IMG/VR virus record: IMGVR_UViG_3300008954_003475
Span: 157,879-221,878 of that record
DNA length: 64,000 bases
Strand: one strand, 5' to 3'
Shown here: positions 1 to 10,026 of the stretch, in pieces
Numbering within the stretch: position 1 is the first letter of the stretch
How the letters are laid out: each line of letters opens with the position of its first letter
Notes under the pieces: generated by a model
Database searches by the model: none
The model's input: only the letters and a program-made list of their open reading frames with translations
What the model was told of the DNA's origin: nothing
Made by a program: the position numbers and the translations under genes

Positions 1-717
1 CAGCCTATTTACATAAGAGTCTTCAGATTCGTCTGACTCAAAGAACTTTTGTTCTAAATTCATATTTAAATACAAATTATGTATAACAGAAATATCATCT
101 CTTATTTTGACATTCTTCTTAAGTATGTCATCCACAGGTCGTGAAATTGGTATACCGCCTATGGTCGGCACAGGAACAGCTTCTGGCTCAGCTTCGGGCT
201 CAGCACCTGGCTCACTCAGTGTTATGGAAATATCTGAAAAATCATCTTTAACAAAATTAGAAAAACCATATGCTACAACAAACAACTGCACGGGCTCTTC
301 GAATGGACTAATGCTATCTAAGTCTAAACTAAAACCTGAAATAATCTCCGAAAGCTCTTCAGCTACAGCCTCAAGGCCCCCAGACGCAAACGCCCCTCCT
401 AATGATTCTGTTAAATCTTTTATAGAAAGACCGCCCTGTTCGGTTGAATCTTCCTCTATCTCGACATACTCAGGATCATCCTCATCTTCTGATTCACCAC
501 CAAAACTAGGAACCCACTCAGCGCCCTGCAAATCCTCTTCGTCTTCGTATGCGCCCTCATCTTCTAACTCTTCATCTTCATCTGCAGCGGACATCAGAAC
601 TGCCATCTCTACTGCTCTGTTAAGGTTAGAGTGTAAATTCCCCAAAGAAACAAGAAATTCATCCAGGTTGTCATCCCCTACCTGACTTATAACCACCTGT
701 ATCTTCTCGTTGTCCAT
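1..717 (-). CDS. Acidic hypothetical protein, 3' end runs off the window (missing from ORF track)
   Basis: Manual translation from ATG at 717 (MDNEKIQVVISQVGDDNLDEF...) stays open to base 1; GGAGG RBS just upstream; very D/E-rich. Confidence 0.8.
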   Translation of the reverse strand, partial: MDNEKIQVVISQVGDDNLDEFLVSLGNLHSNLNRAVEMAVLMSAADEDEELEDEGAYEDEEDLQGAEWVPSFGGESEDEDDPEYVEIEEDSTEQGGLSIKDLTESLGGAFASGGLEAVAEELSEIISGFSLDLDSISPFEEPVQLFVVAYGFSNFVKDDFSDISITLSEPGAEPEAEPEAVPVPTIGGIPISRPVDDILKKNVKIRDDISVIHNLYLNMNLEQKFFESDESEDSYVNRL

Positions 718-726
718 GCGCCTCCT

Positions 727-2076
727 CTACTCTCCAAGCTTTTTAACTTTCTCTACCCTATCAATCCTATCTTTATCTTGTAAAGTAATAGGATGAAAAA
801 GACTTTTATAATCATCTCTTATTTCTTTTATTAGTAAATCAATCCAGCCGCAAGCTTCTTTGATATGTTCCGACTCAGACCTTGTTGCGGCAATAAGTAT
901 TTTACTAGACTCAGAACAAATAGACATCTTTCCTTTATCCATTTTATTTATTTTATCTAAGATTGAAAGATTCCCAAAGTCAATACCATCAACGAGCGGT
1001 TCGTCCTCTAATTCAAAAAGTGATAATGCCTCTCTTAATAAGAAATTATTATCTATATTTTGATTAAATGCCCATACTGGCTTTGAGGCTATTGCTTTGT
1101 AATAATCATTATTTATACTAAGATTAAAAAATTCTTTTTCCATAATACTATTTATGGAAATACCGTTATTTGTCCAAAGATCTAAATACAAAAGATTTAT
1201 AGCCTCATTTCCAATACGGCGAATTGGAGTGACCATCGCAACTCCTCTTTTGATATTTTTTTTATTTACTGGCCTCTTATTTTTGCCAAAAAAAACCTTA
1301 TCTTTTGTAAGAACTCTTTTTAGACAATAGCTATCCGGATATTTGTCTACTACGTTTACTAATGGATAAATGGTATGAACAAAATTATTATGCCCTAATG
1401 TTCCATTTATTAACAAAGGAACTTCTTTAATCCCATTGTTATAATGATTAAAAAGTTCATACTTAATATCTGTAAAAAAATTATCAAGAGATTTTCTTAA
1501 TTCATCATATAACTCAAAAGACATTTGACCTATCGCAAGAAGGGGTCCAATTTTTTTTGTTTTATGATAAATAAATCTAGAAAGACAATATAACAAGATC
1601 TGTATTCTTGCCCGCTTTTTCGCCAAACTAACGCCCTCTGTCTCGGACAGGCTATCTATTCCTGCCGGTATTATTTCATCGGCATTCTTTAATTTAGACT
1701 TTATATATTCATTTTGTAATAAATTAATTTCTTTTATTTTTATATCCAATAAATATTTATACAAATCTTCATAATACTCATTCTTCTTTTTCAAAGAAGA
1801 TATATGACGATCAGAAACAAGTCTTGTTTTTGTTACTATATTTTTGGAAAAGTTCCTTTCGAACTGCGACCTATCTGTCTTAAACAAAGACATAGCATGC
1901 TTTAATTCATCTAGATCTTTAAAGCTATTTTTTTCAAAAGGATAATCAATAAAATCTTTTTCTATTGAAATCAATCTATACTTATATTCTTTATTTGTTC
2001 TCTCTTCCAATAAGGAAATTTTGTATCTAGAAATATCCTTTTCATCTTTTATATATTTTAAAAAATCATCATTCAT
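727..2076 (-). CDS. Hypothetical protein (449 aa)
   Basis: Long ORF in the co-directional gene run; no motif recognised. Confidence 0.8.
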   Translation of the reverse strand: MNDDFLKYIKDEKDISRYKISLLEERTNKEYKYRLISIEKDFIDYPFEKNSFKDLDELKHAMSLFKTDRSQFERNFSKNIVTKTRLVSDRHISSLKKKNEYYEDLYKYLLDIKIKEINLLQNEYIKSKLKNADEIIPAGIDSLSETEGVSLAKKRARIQILLYCLSRFIYHKTKKIGPLLAIGQMSFELYDELRKSLDNFFTDIKYELFNHYNNGIKEVPLLINGTLGHNNFVHTIYPLVNVVDKYPDSYCLKRVLTKDKVFFGKNKRPVNKKNIKRGVAMVTPIRRIGNEAINLLYLDLWTNNGISINSIMEKEFFNLSINNDYYKAIASKPVWAFNQNIDNNFLLREALSLFELEDEPLVDGIDFGNLSILDKINKMDKGKMSICSESSKILIAATRSESEHIKEACGWIDLLIKEIRDDYKSLFHPITLQDKDRIDRVEKVKKLGE

Positions 2077-2078
2077 TT

Positions 2079-2876
2079 TTAATCAAGATATTCTGCCAAT
2101 AAGTCTTTTATTATTTTATATCTATCAAGCTTCTTAAGCCTCATGCTTGCGGCCCAACCGGTGAGGCCCACCTTCTTTGCTGCATCTTTTATAGAAAAAC
2201 CCTCAAGGCATACCATCTTTAATATTTCAGCTGTCTTATTATCTATTATCTCTGATAATCTTTCTATAGCAATCTCAAGATCGATCCGGTCATAGACGGT
2301 GGTGGTGTCTGCATACAAACTATCCGTTTCTGCCAAAGAGCTTTGAAACTCGGCATACTCTTCTCCGCTTCCAGGATCTGTTTTCGGCATAGAACTGAAA
2401 ACAAGTTCTTCTCTAGATTTTCTATAATTTGGCTTATACTCCTGATTGCACTGTTCGCAAAGATGTCTTGAAACAACAGAATTGTTTTTTGGATTTCTTA
2501 TCTTCTTAAGAGCTATAAGGCCACCGCATTCGCATAGGTCTCCAGCTATTTTCTCATAAAGACTAAAGGCATCATTTGACAACTTATTAACACTCTTTAT
2601 TTTTGAAACTAATTTATTTCTAAGATGCGTATGAAGAAAGGTGCTAAGCTTAACATTCTTACTTGTGTCAAAAGCATTTATACCCTCTATAATTATTATA
2701 GATAATTCTTGCTTTATATCTTCAAAGTTATATCCTGGCATATATGTTTTAGATGCCCACTTGCAAAGCAATGGATCAATTCTTTCAAGAACCCTGTTAT
2801 ACCCTTGCTTGGTGGTGGTATTAACATAAACATCTTCATCATACATTCTAACCACACCTTCATATTCACGCTTCAT
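2079..2876 (-). CDS. Sigma-70 family RNA polymerase sigma factor with Zn-ribbon insertion
   Basis: Region 2-like EDIKQELSIIIIEGINAFDTSKNVKLSTFLHTHLRNKL; region 4 HTH LEGFSIKDAAKKVGLTGWAASMRLKKL; CEC...CEQC between them; start set at MKREY (GGAG RBS). Confidence 0.8.
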   Translation of the reverse strand: MKREYEGVVRMYDEDVYVNTTTKQGYNRVLERIDPLLCKWASKTYMPGYNFEDIKQELSIIIIEGINAFDTSKNVKLSTFLHTHLRNKLVSKIKSVNKLSNDAFSLYEKIAGDLCECGGLIALKKIRNPKNNSVVSRHLCEQCNQEYKPNYRKSREELVFSSMPKTDPGSGEEYAEFQSSLAETDSLYADTTTVYDRIDLEIAIERLSEIIDNKTAEILKMVCLEGFSIKDAAKKVGLTGWAASMRLKKLDRYKIIKDLLAEYLD

Positions 2877-2884
2877 ATAAACTC

Positions 2885-3649
2885 CTATTCTGCCCAAGCA
2901 TCTTGGCATATCGGCTTGTAATCACACCACCTGCAAAGTGCCGATGGTTTTTTAACCCAGGTTGAATCAGTATCGATAAAACCTGCTCTTTTTATAATAT
3001 TCTTCTCACAACTCTTTAGATCATCCATTGTGAACGTGTAATCATAAGACTTGCAGTCATGCTTTAACATGATGAAAGAACCATGAACAATCTTAACATC
3101 TTTAAACCTTCGCCTTAAAGCTTCCGAATAAACAAGCAGCTGAAAATCTGTCAAGTACTTGGCGTTCTTGCTAGTCTTATAATCAACAACTCTATATTCT
3201 CCCGGGCCGACCAAGTCAACCCTGTCAATAAAGCCTCTAATCAAAGTGTTCTGATCTGTTTTGAAATTAAATGGCATCTCGATACCAATAACATTGGGAG
3301 TGCCTTCGGCTCTGATCTTATCCAAATAAGTTTGCATAATGCCCCTGAGACAAACTAGCCCTGGAGTGTCCCCATTTGGAGTCCAAACACGTTCCTCAAG
3401 AAGATTTATATCAAACTCTTTAACGGCAGTCTTGAAACATTCTTTCATCAGAATAGAATATTGATTCTCGCCTATTTTTTCTTCTTTTATTTTTTTATGG
3501 AAAAGCTCTAAAACCCTATGCGCGCAAGAGCCAAACTCTGTAAACCCCCACTTTTGCTGGGGTAAATCAGGCTTTTCTATATATCTATAATGATATTTCT
3601 TAGGACACTTCTCATAGGTATCCATTGATGATACAGATAATTTTAACAA
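2885..3649 (-). CDS. PD-(D/E)XK RecB/Cas4-like exonuclease with 4Fe-4S cysteines
   Basis: CPKKY N-terminal Cys, FGSCAH, GFIDRVD, VVDYKTS, QLLVY, C-terminal CRWCDYKPIC. Confidence 0.85.
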   Translation of the reverse strand: MLKLSVSSMDTYEKCPKKYHYRYIEKPDLPQQKWGFTEFGSCAHRVLELFHKKIKEEKIGENQYSILMKECFKTAVKEFDINLLEERVWTPNGDTPGLVCLRGIMQTYLDKIRAEGTPNVIGIEMPFNFKTDQNTLIRGFIDRVDLVGPGEYRVVDYKTSKNAKYLTDFQLLVYSEALRRRFKDVKIVHGSFIMLKHDCKSYDYTFTMDDLKSCEKNIIKRAGFIDTDSTWVKKPSALCRWCDYKPICQDAWAE

Positions 3650-3671
3650 AACAAACTCCTTAAAAGATTTT

Positions 3672-4547
3672 TTAGAACAACTGACTCATAGCCCGATCCT
3701 GTATCCACCTATAAACAAATTTGGATCCTACATTCGGGCCAACACTTAACTCTGTCCGCTCTATCTTCTGAATTGATTTAATCCATCTAGACTCTAAACT
3801 TTCCCAGTAATAAGAAATATATATTCCAGTCGATGGATTGTAATAACTTCTAACATAGTTCCCCGTCACAATAGGCTCTTGTTGCCCAAGTCTTTCTTCA
3901 TAGAATTTACTTGTGGGCCCAAAAGTACTATAAGGACGATTCACTATCTTGACAACTTGATTTTCAAATTTAGCATCAGTTGATCCATCTATGATTATAA
4001 ATCTAGCACTTGGATCAAATTCTACATTATCATTTGGCGTTGACTCTACAGTCTCTATACTTATGGGCGAAGATTCTGAAAAGTTAACAAAAGGAATAGA
4101 AGTCTTTTTGTCATCCAACATTACTCCTCCAGAGTCTGTTCTGGAGGCTTTTATCTCTAAGTCTGAAAACGCAACAGCTACCTCTTGAGCTTCATTTCCA
4201 TCAGCATCAAATGACAGACTGTCTACAACCTCTGCCCCATAAGAAAGAATAGAAATACCTTCATCTCCTAAGTACCTCGGACCATCAAGATCAGTTGAAT
4301 CTGTTTTGTACTCTTCTTCAAGAATAGCAGATGAATCATCTAAAGATATAGCAATTGCTTTCAATGTAAAAGCAGAACCATTTGTTGGCAGATACACATT
4401 GTCAACCGCTATTAAAGAAGTTTCGTCCGGGTCTGTTCCGTCCAAAGTATAATATACCGTTGCTGGATTGCTTGTTGAAAAAGAAACATATTCTGGAAAA
4501 CCAGAAATATATTCAACAGTGCTTTCTTCTAAAGTTAATACTATCAT
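3672..4547 (-). CDS. Hypothetical protein with N-terminal Fn3-associated/CHB_HEX_C-like domain
   Basis: ATVYYTLDGTDPD motif followed by TLKAIA. Confidence 0.6.
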   Translation of the reverse strand: MIVLTLEESTVEYISGFPEYVSFSTSNPATVYYTLDGTDPDETSLIAVDNVYLPTNGSAFTLKAIAISLDDSSAILEEEYKTDSTDLDGPRYLGDEGISILSYGAEVVDSLSFDADGNEAQEVAVAFSDLEIKASRTDSGGVMLDDKKTSIPFVNFSESSPISIETVESTPNDNVEFDPSARFIIIDGSTDAKFENQVVKIVNRPYSTFGPTSKFYEERLGQQEPIVTGNYVRSYYNPSTGIYISYYWESLESRWIKSIQKIERTELSVGPNVGSKFVYRWIQDRAMSQLF

Positions 4548-4580
4548 ATTATCCTCACATGTTATGAGAAAATTAGCAGA

Positions 4581-6686
4581 CTATCGAGTTATAAACTCAA
4601 GTTCGCTTTCCCCATTAATCTTTGTAATATTAACTACATTGTCAAACTTTTCTTTCAAAGATTCATCATGAGTAATTACCAAAATCTTATATTTATCCTC
4701 TAAAGATTTTATTACATTTACAAACAGAGTCTCTACACCAAACCTATCCAGCGGAGAGTTGACTTCATCTAAAAGCAAAAACTCTAGAGAAGAACCGCCA
4801 TACCTGCTTGATATATCACTTAGCGCAACCCTAAGGGCCAGAGAGATTCTGAACTTCTCTCCACCGCTGAGTGACTTAAAGTTTTGTAAATGTCCATCTT
4901 TTCTTACTTTAAGATCTAAAGTTTCAATGATAGAGGTTCCATCTGCCCCAAGTCTTTGTGTTTCCAAAACAATAATAACTGGCTCATTACATATTGATGC
5001 CAATATAGTATTTGCGCTCTTCTCAAGATCTTCTATAACAGCGTCTAATAAAATCGTCTGAATACCTCCCTTGCCAAATATCTTTGCAAGCTTATCAAAC
5101 AACGCGGATCTCTCCATCTTTTTAGCGACCTTGTTTTTATCAGACCTCATTTTAGATTCTTGCTCTTTAAGCAGAGAAGCTCTTTCCGTCAGCCTTCCCA
5201 TCTTCTTGTCTTCCTCAGACACATCCTCTACAACACTATCCTTTTCCTCTCTAAGTTGTCCCAGCTTTAACCTTAAGCTTTGAAAATCTTCATTCTTAAT
5301 AGATTCCAAAATATCCATATTAGTTTTTAATTTAAACTTTGCCTTATCCAAAGAGGAATCAACCTTCTCCAAAGACTTATTAGCATCTTCCAAACCAACT
5401 ACAACCAAATCTAACTTGTAAGTTAATGATCCAATATTTGTATCAATTTCTTTTAATTCATTATTATCTTTTCTTATTGCAAGCCACTTATCAACCTCCT
5501 TCTCTAAAGATCGAACTTCCTTGTTGGCCTCTCCAGATTGAAACTTATAGTGCTTAACCTTAAAATTGTGATCGCCCTCTAGCTTTCTAAAAAGCTTATT
5601 ATCAATAGTTTGATTGCAAACATAACATTCATCAGAAGAAACGTTTATTTCCCCCAACGACTTAAGAGCCTCTTCCGAAGATGCCTTTTGCGACTTATAA
5701 TGAGTAAGTTGCGCTCTTAGGTCTTCAATCTTTCCATCTGGAATCTCTATAGCTTTTCTGTTTTTTATTTTCTTTTTTAAAGTATTTATCTTTTTATCAA
5801 TTTCTTTTTTATCAACTTTATATTTTTCTACAGATTCTGCAGCAGAAGATGATTTATCAGAAAACTCTTTACATTCTTGTTTTAAAATCTTTATTTGATC
5901 AATAACCTTATCATATGTGTCCGTATCAAGAGACTTCTTTATAACCGTATATTTCTTGCTCAAAGAATCAATCTGCTCAAATAAGACTTTCTTCTTTGAG
6001 CTAAGCTCATTAGCCTTCTTCTTTGACTCTTTGATTTCAATATTTGTAGTTTGAAGCTTTTCAACTACCGAATCATATTCTTCTACTGACTTCTTTAAAA
6101 CCTTACACTCTATATTGATATCTCTGACCTTTTTTCTAGCAGCTTTTTCATAATCATCCCACCTAGAGATATCAACAATAGACTTTAAAATCTCCTTCTT
6201 TCTTGAAGGATCTGACTCTGCAAATTCAGAAATATCATTCTGCCTAAAGTAAACAGAGTTTATAAAGGTTTTATTATCTAATTTTATTGTTGATTCAATC
6301 TTATCATTTGTATCTCCAGATGTAGAGCAAGATATATCTTGCCACTCGCCAGACTTATCTAACATAGAAAACTCAACTGTTGAGGTTGAATTTGCGCGAT
6401 TTCTGAATCTTTCAACAAGATAGCTTTCTCCATCATGCTTAAACTCAAGAGACACAGAGCAGGTTGTCTCGCCCCATCGAATTATATCATCCATCATGGC
6501 TGCTCTAGACTTGTTGAACAAACACCAAAGAATTGCCTCAAAGATCGCGCTCTTGCCCGAACCGTTAGACTTATTGTAATTCCCTTCTGTATTCCCAATA
6601 AGAAGTGCTGAATTAAATTTAGAAAAATCTATTTCACTATCTTTGTGAGAAAAGAAGTTTTCCAATCTAAGTTTAGATGGTATCAT
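4581..6686 (-). CDS. sbcC: SbcC/Rad50 (T4 gp46-like) recombination ATPase
   Basis: Walker A NGSGKS, coiled coils, Zn-hook CYVC, signature LSGGEKFR, Walker B LLLDE, ITHD. Confidence 0.93.
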   Translation of the reverse strand: MIPSKLRLENFFSHKDSEIDFSKFNSALLIGNTEGNYNKSNGSGKSAIFEAILWCLFNKSRAAMMDDIIRWGETTCSVSLEFKHDGESYLVERFRNRANSTSTVEFSMLDKSGEWQDISCSTSGDTNDKIESTIKLDNKTFINSVYFRQNDISEFAESDPSRKKEILKSIVDISRWDDYEKAARKKVRDINIECKVLKKSVEEYDSVVEKLQTTNIEIKESKKKANELSSKKKVLFEQIDSLSKKYTVIKKSLDTDTYDKVIDQIKILKQECKEFSDKSSSAAESVEKYKVDKKEIDKKINTLKKKIKNRKAIEIPDGKIEDLRAQLTHYKSQKASSEEALKSLGEINVSSDECYVCNQTIDNKLFRKLEGDHNFKVKHYKFQSGEANKEVRSLEKEVDKWLAIRKDNNELKEIDTNIGSLTYKLDLVVVGLEDANKSLEKVDSSLDKAKFKLKTNMDILESIKNEDFQSLRLKLGQLREEKDSVVEDVSEEDKKMGRLTERASLLKEQESKMRSDKNKVAKKMERSALFDKLAKIFGKGGIQTILLDAVIEDLEKSANTILASICNEPVIIVLETQRLGADGTSIIETLDLKVRKDGHLQNFKSLSGGEKFRISLALRVALSDISSRYGGSSLEFLLLDEVNSPLDRFGVETLFVNVIKSLEDKYKILVITHDESLKEKFDNVVNITKINGESELEFITR

Positions 6687-7852
6687 ACTTCTCCCATTAT
6701 TATCTTAGCCTCTTTAATCAAAGCTTTTTCGTATTCTTTTTCAATGCCTTGTGAATCAACAAAGGCCTTAAACATCGAAAAATCATCTTTATGATCTAAT
6801 ATAGAATTATCTCTGACAAGCCTTTGCACAATTGTTTCTATACCAATTTTCGAAACATGGAAAGCTCCAAGATTATAAAGAGCTGATTGAATCAACTCCT
6901 TATCCATAGCTGGCAGGACCTTTTCATCAACTGCAAACTTGAACCTAACAATCTTATCTTTTACATCATGTTCTTCCAAAGAGTTATCGATAGCATCATT
7001 TATTTCCGAAAAGTCAACCCCCGATAAGTTGACAGAAGCATCTAGCAAATCTCTTACCGGAATTTTACAAAACTTTGCTTTTTTCTTTGAAATATCATAA
7101 TCAACAAAATACTTATCTACCCCTGCATCTCCAAAGTTAGATCGCTCCATAGAACCTGTATACACACACACGGGCGCTTGCTTGCGCAAAACCCTAAACT
7201 GGTGCAGGTGGCCCATCATAGTAATGTCGCAACCCTTAAAGGCTGATGGGCTTGCCATGACTTCTGTTCCGCCATAATCATTATAGCTTCCTTCATAAAA
7301 GAAGTTGTGACCGACAGATACTATTGGATCATCATTTGAAATTGACCCTATAAGCTCTCTGACCTGTGAATCATATGCTTCGGATTGCTCCTTTGTGTTG
7401 CTTCCCTCGTACATCTTTCTATCTCTATAAGGAAGCAAAATCAAGTTTACCTTTTGATTCTTTGCATTACAAACCTCTACAACCTCTGGCTCAAGCAGCA
7501 TTCTAACGTTTGGATATTCTGCTGCAGATAAGGAAACTATAGAGCTTGTAAAGCTCGTTCCACTCTTCTTATAGTCATGGTTACCCATGATTACAAATGT
7601 TGCTATATTTGCATTCGACAACCGCTTCAACGCCTTGTCCACAATATTCATATGCTCAATGCTCGGATCTCTTTGTTCAAACATATCTCCCGTCTGAACA
7701 AAGACATCAGCTTTTGTTTTAATTGTATGGTCAATTATATAATTAAGAGTTTTCTCATAATCATCAACCCTAGTATTTCCGCCTGCCCCATTCGACCTTC
7801 CAAGGCCAAATACAGCACCGATATGAGTGTCTCCACAAACAACTATTCTCAT
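6683..7852 (-). CDS. sbcD: SbcD/Mre11 (T4 gp47-like) nuclease
   Basis: GDTHIG, GDMFE, GNHD, GHN, GHLH, YTGSMER metallophosphoesterase motifs; adjacent to SbcC. Confidence 0.92.
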   Translation of the reverse strand: MRIVVCGDTHIGAVFGLGRSNGAGGNTRVDDYEKTLNYIIDHTIKTKADVFVQTGDMFEQRDPSIEHMNIVDKALKRLSNANIATFVIMGNHDYKKSGTSFTSSIVSLSAAEYPNVRMLLEPEVVEVCNAKNQKVNLILLPYRDRKMYEGSNTKEQSEAYDSQVRELIGSISNDDPIVSVGHNFFYEGSYNDYGGTEVMASPSAFKGCDITMMGHLHQFRVLRKQAPVCVYTGSMERSNFGDAGVDKYFVDYDISKKKAKFCKIPVRDLLDASVNLSGVDFSEINDAIDNSLEEHDVKDKIVRFKFAVDEKVLPAMDKELIQSALYNLGAFHVSKIGIETIVQRLVRDNSILDHKDDFSMFKAFVDSQGIEKEYEKALIKEAKIIMGEV

Positions 7853-8388
7853 TTGTTAGAATACCTCCTACGTATAGTAACCTTTACTTTCTTAAGTAAT
7901 TTCTTTGCAGCTTGAACATTCTTTCGATCAATAGTCTCTAGATATTCATCTGTCTTTTTCATAAGCTTTTCTACCCATTCAATATCATCTGAATGCATAG
8001 CCTGTGTTCTTCTAAACACATGTGACAACTCCAAGAGTTGTGAGAAATTTGAAACATGCTTTTTTCTAGCAACCTTTGTAACTTTGGCTGGATCAACAAT
8101 CTTTGATAGCTCAATCAAAGATGTAGAAAAATCAACCCCTTTACATAGAATATAAAAGTCTATGACATTATTCGAAGCACCACAGCCAAAGCAATAAAAA
8201 TTATTATTGTCCTCATCTATATAAAGCGAACCAGTCCTTTCGGAACCACTCTTGTGTTCCTTGGATGGACACTTACACCTGTGCGTAAAATTGCCACTGT
8301 TCACTTGCTCTAAAGCAATTGAAAACTTGCTGGCTAATTCTGTTATACTTACAGCTATGTTTATTTCTTCTTTCGAATATTTAATCAA
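7849..8388 (-). CDS. Stand-alone CHC2 zinc-finger (DnaG primase Zn-binding-domain-like) protein
   Basis: CKCP..EH...FYCFGCGASNNVIDF...GVDFSTSLIEL; no TOPRIM domain in 179 aa. Confidence 0.75.
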   Translation of the reverse strand: MIKYSKEEINIAVSITELASKFSIALEQVNSGNFTHRCKCPSKEHKSGSERTGSLYIDEDNNNFYCFGCGASNNVIDFYILCKGVDFSTSLIELSKIVDPAKVTKVARKKHVSNFSQLLELSHVFRRTQAMHSDDIEWVEKLMKKTDEYLETIDRKNVQAAKKLLKKVKVTIRRRYSNK

Positions 8389-9476
8389 GATAAAAACCTA
8401 TTCCAAAATGAAGTCTTCTTCTTTCCTGGTTTAATTTTATCAATTTCTTTTTGAATATCAGTTATAAATGGCGCTCTAAAAAGCATTGGCTTCGATAGGG
8501 TTCCGTCTAAATACAGCCCTGTTCCAACATCTGTTATCTTTTCTGCACCGCCTCGATCAAGAATAACCCTACTGTCAACAGCTGATGCTACTTTTAACGC
8601 CACTCTTCCAGAGAAGTTCGCTTTAATTAATCCCGATATTACTCTACACGATGGCCTTTGTGTTGCCAAAATAATTGAGATCCCTGCGGCTCGGCCCTTT
8701 TGGGCGACAAGACACAAGGTCTTTTGTATATCCTTATCTTGCAAAACAATGTCTGCCCACTCATCAACGATAACAACAACGGGCTTCATCCTGTTTCTAT
8801 GATCTGCTCGCTTATTATATTCAATAACACTTCTTGTTCCAGACTTTTGCAGATATGAAAATCTTGTCTCCATAAGAGATCTAACCTCTTCTATAATCTC
8901 CCCAGCATCTTCTGCAGAGTTAACAATAGATTTTACAGAAGATAGATTCTCATACGCTCCAAACTCTACCATCTTGGGATCTACCAAATATAATATGGCA
9001 TCCGATCCCAATAGAGAAAGGATAAAGCTGTGAAGCAAGACGCTCTTTCCAGAGCCTGTCGTTCCCCCTACAAGTAGGTTCGGTAACGAATTCAGATCAA
9101 CAAACGAAAACTCTCCTAATGAATCTACTCCCAAGGCAACTGGTGCATAATAATTCTTTGGAAAAGAATTAAACACCTGTTCAAAGCTGGGAGAAATTAT
9201 CTCTTCCCTTTGCATTTCAATTCTATAAATTCCATCCTTCATAACTGGAAACCCAGTAGGATGGGAATGTGAAGACATTGCCATACCAATATCTACCAAT
9301 ACTCTATCGAGTCTTGATGATCTAATTCCATTGGCTAACTTTATATCATATACATCAAAAAATCTCTTTTGATCTAGTTTAACAGAGTTAGCCTTTATAC
9401 CAAAGGATTTAAGCAGTCCAAATAGCTTTTCTTCCTTTTTTGGTTCAAATATCTCTATCACTCCGGACGTTTTCAT
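8385..9476 (-). CDS. FtsK/SpoIIIE-family P-loop ATPase
   Basis: LVGGTTGSGKS, LVDPKMVEF, VDEWAD, GRAAGI..ILATQRPS, SRVILD..GAEK; no N-terminal TM or gamma domain. Confidence 0.9.
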   Translation of the reverse strand: MKTSGVIEIFEPKKEEKLFGLLKSFGIKANSVKLDQKRFFDVYDIKLANGIRSSRLDRVLVDIGMAMSSHSHPTGFPVMKDGIYRIEMQREEIISPSFEQVFNSFPKNYYAPVALGVDSLGEFSFVDLNSLPNLLVGGTTGSGKSVLLHSFILSLLGSDAILYLVDPKMVEFGAYENLSSVKSIVNSAEDAGEIIEEVRSLMETRFSYLQKSGTRSVIEYNKRADHRNRMKPVVVIVDEWADIVLQDKDIQKTLCLVAQKGRAAGISIILATQRPSCRVISGLIKANFSGRVALKVASAVDSRVILDRGGAEKITDVGTGLYLDGTLSKPMLFRAPFITDIQKEIDKIKPGKKKTSFWNRFLS

Positions 9477-9663
9477 TAAGGCTCCTTATTTCAGATAAAA
9501 TATCCTGAAGGGCTTCGCGGCACCCTACAAGACCAATATAGACACCGTTGGAGGATGGAGCAACAGAAAATTTCTTGCTTTCATCTTCGATCTTTCTGAT
9601 TCTTTTATTTGCCTCAGCTATCTTATCCAAGATAAGTTTTATAGCTCTATTCTTAAATGTCAT
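9445..9663 (-). CDS. Hypothetical protein
   Basis: 72-aa ORF tiling between neighbours. Confidence 0.6.
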   Translation of the reverse strand: MTFKNRAIKLILDKIAEANKRIRKIEDESKKFSVAPSSNGVYIGLVGCREALQDILSEIRSLNENVRSDRDI

Positions 9664-10026
9664 TTAATTTTTAGATTTAATCTTTGGATTCTTTTTAAGC
9701 CTATTGATTTCTCGCCTTAACTCTCTAATTTCTACTTCTAATTTTACATTTTCATCGCTAAGCTTCAAGCTTGATCTTAATGCCAAAATGATTAATCCAA
9801 ATATTCCTTCGCCGGGGTTTACCCCGTCTAGCTCATCGGCTGCAACAAGCAGTCTGTTTAAAACAGAAACAACATTATTATGATAGGCAGGCGTTTGATT
9901 GTCTGGATGTGTTTTGTCTGCAAGTAACTGCTTAAAGTCATTAAACGCTTTCTCCACATCGCTTTGCGCCTTAACCTTCTTGGCATCTATATATTTTGTA
10001 TTCGTTGGAACTTTTACGTCTGACAT
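9664..10026 (-). CDS. Hypothetical protein with C-terminal coiled coil
   Basis: ORF; start set at MSDVK after a GAGGA RBS. Confidence 0.65.
   Translation of the reverse strand: MSDVKVPTNTKYIDAKKVKAQSDVEKAFNDFKQLLADKTHPDNQTPAYHNNVVSVLNRLLVAADELDGVNPGEGIFGLIILALRSSLKLSDENVKLEVEIRELRREINRLKKNPKIKSKN

Noticed and set aside
107-685. 192-aa Ser-rich plus-strand ORF
   Set aside because: Antisense shadow of an acidic minus-strand gene (1-717) that has a GGAGG RBS; poly-Ser mirrors GAA/GAT codons
4581-7852. SMC-based defence system (Wadjet or Lamassu)
   Set aside because: Classic SbcD-SbcC pair with Zn hook in a phage replication context; no JetA/B/D or LmuA effector genes
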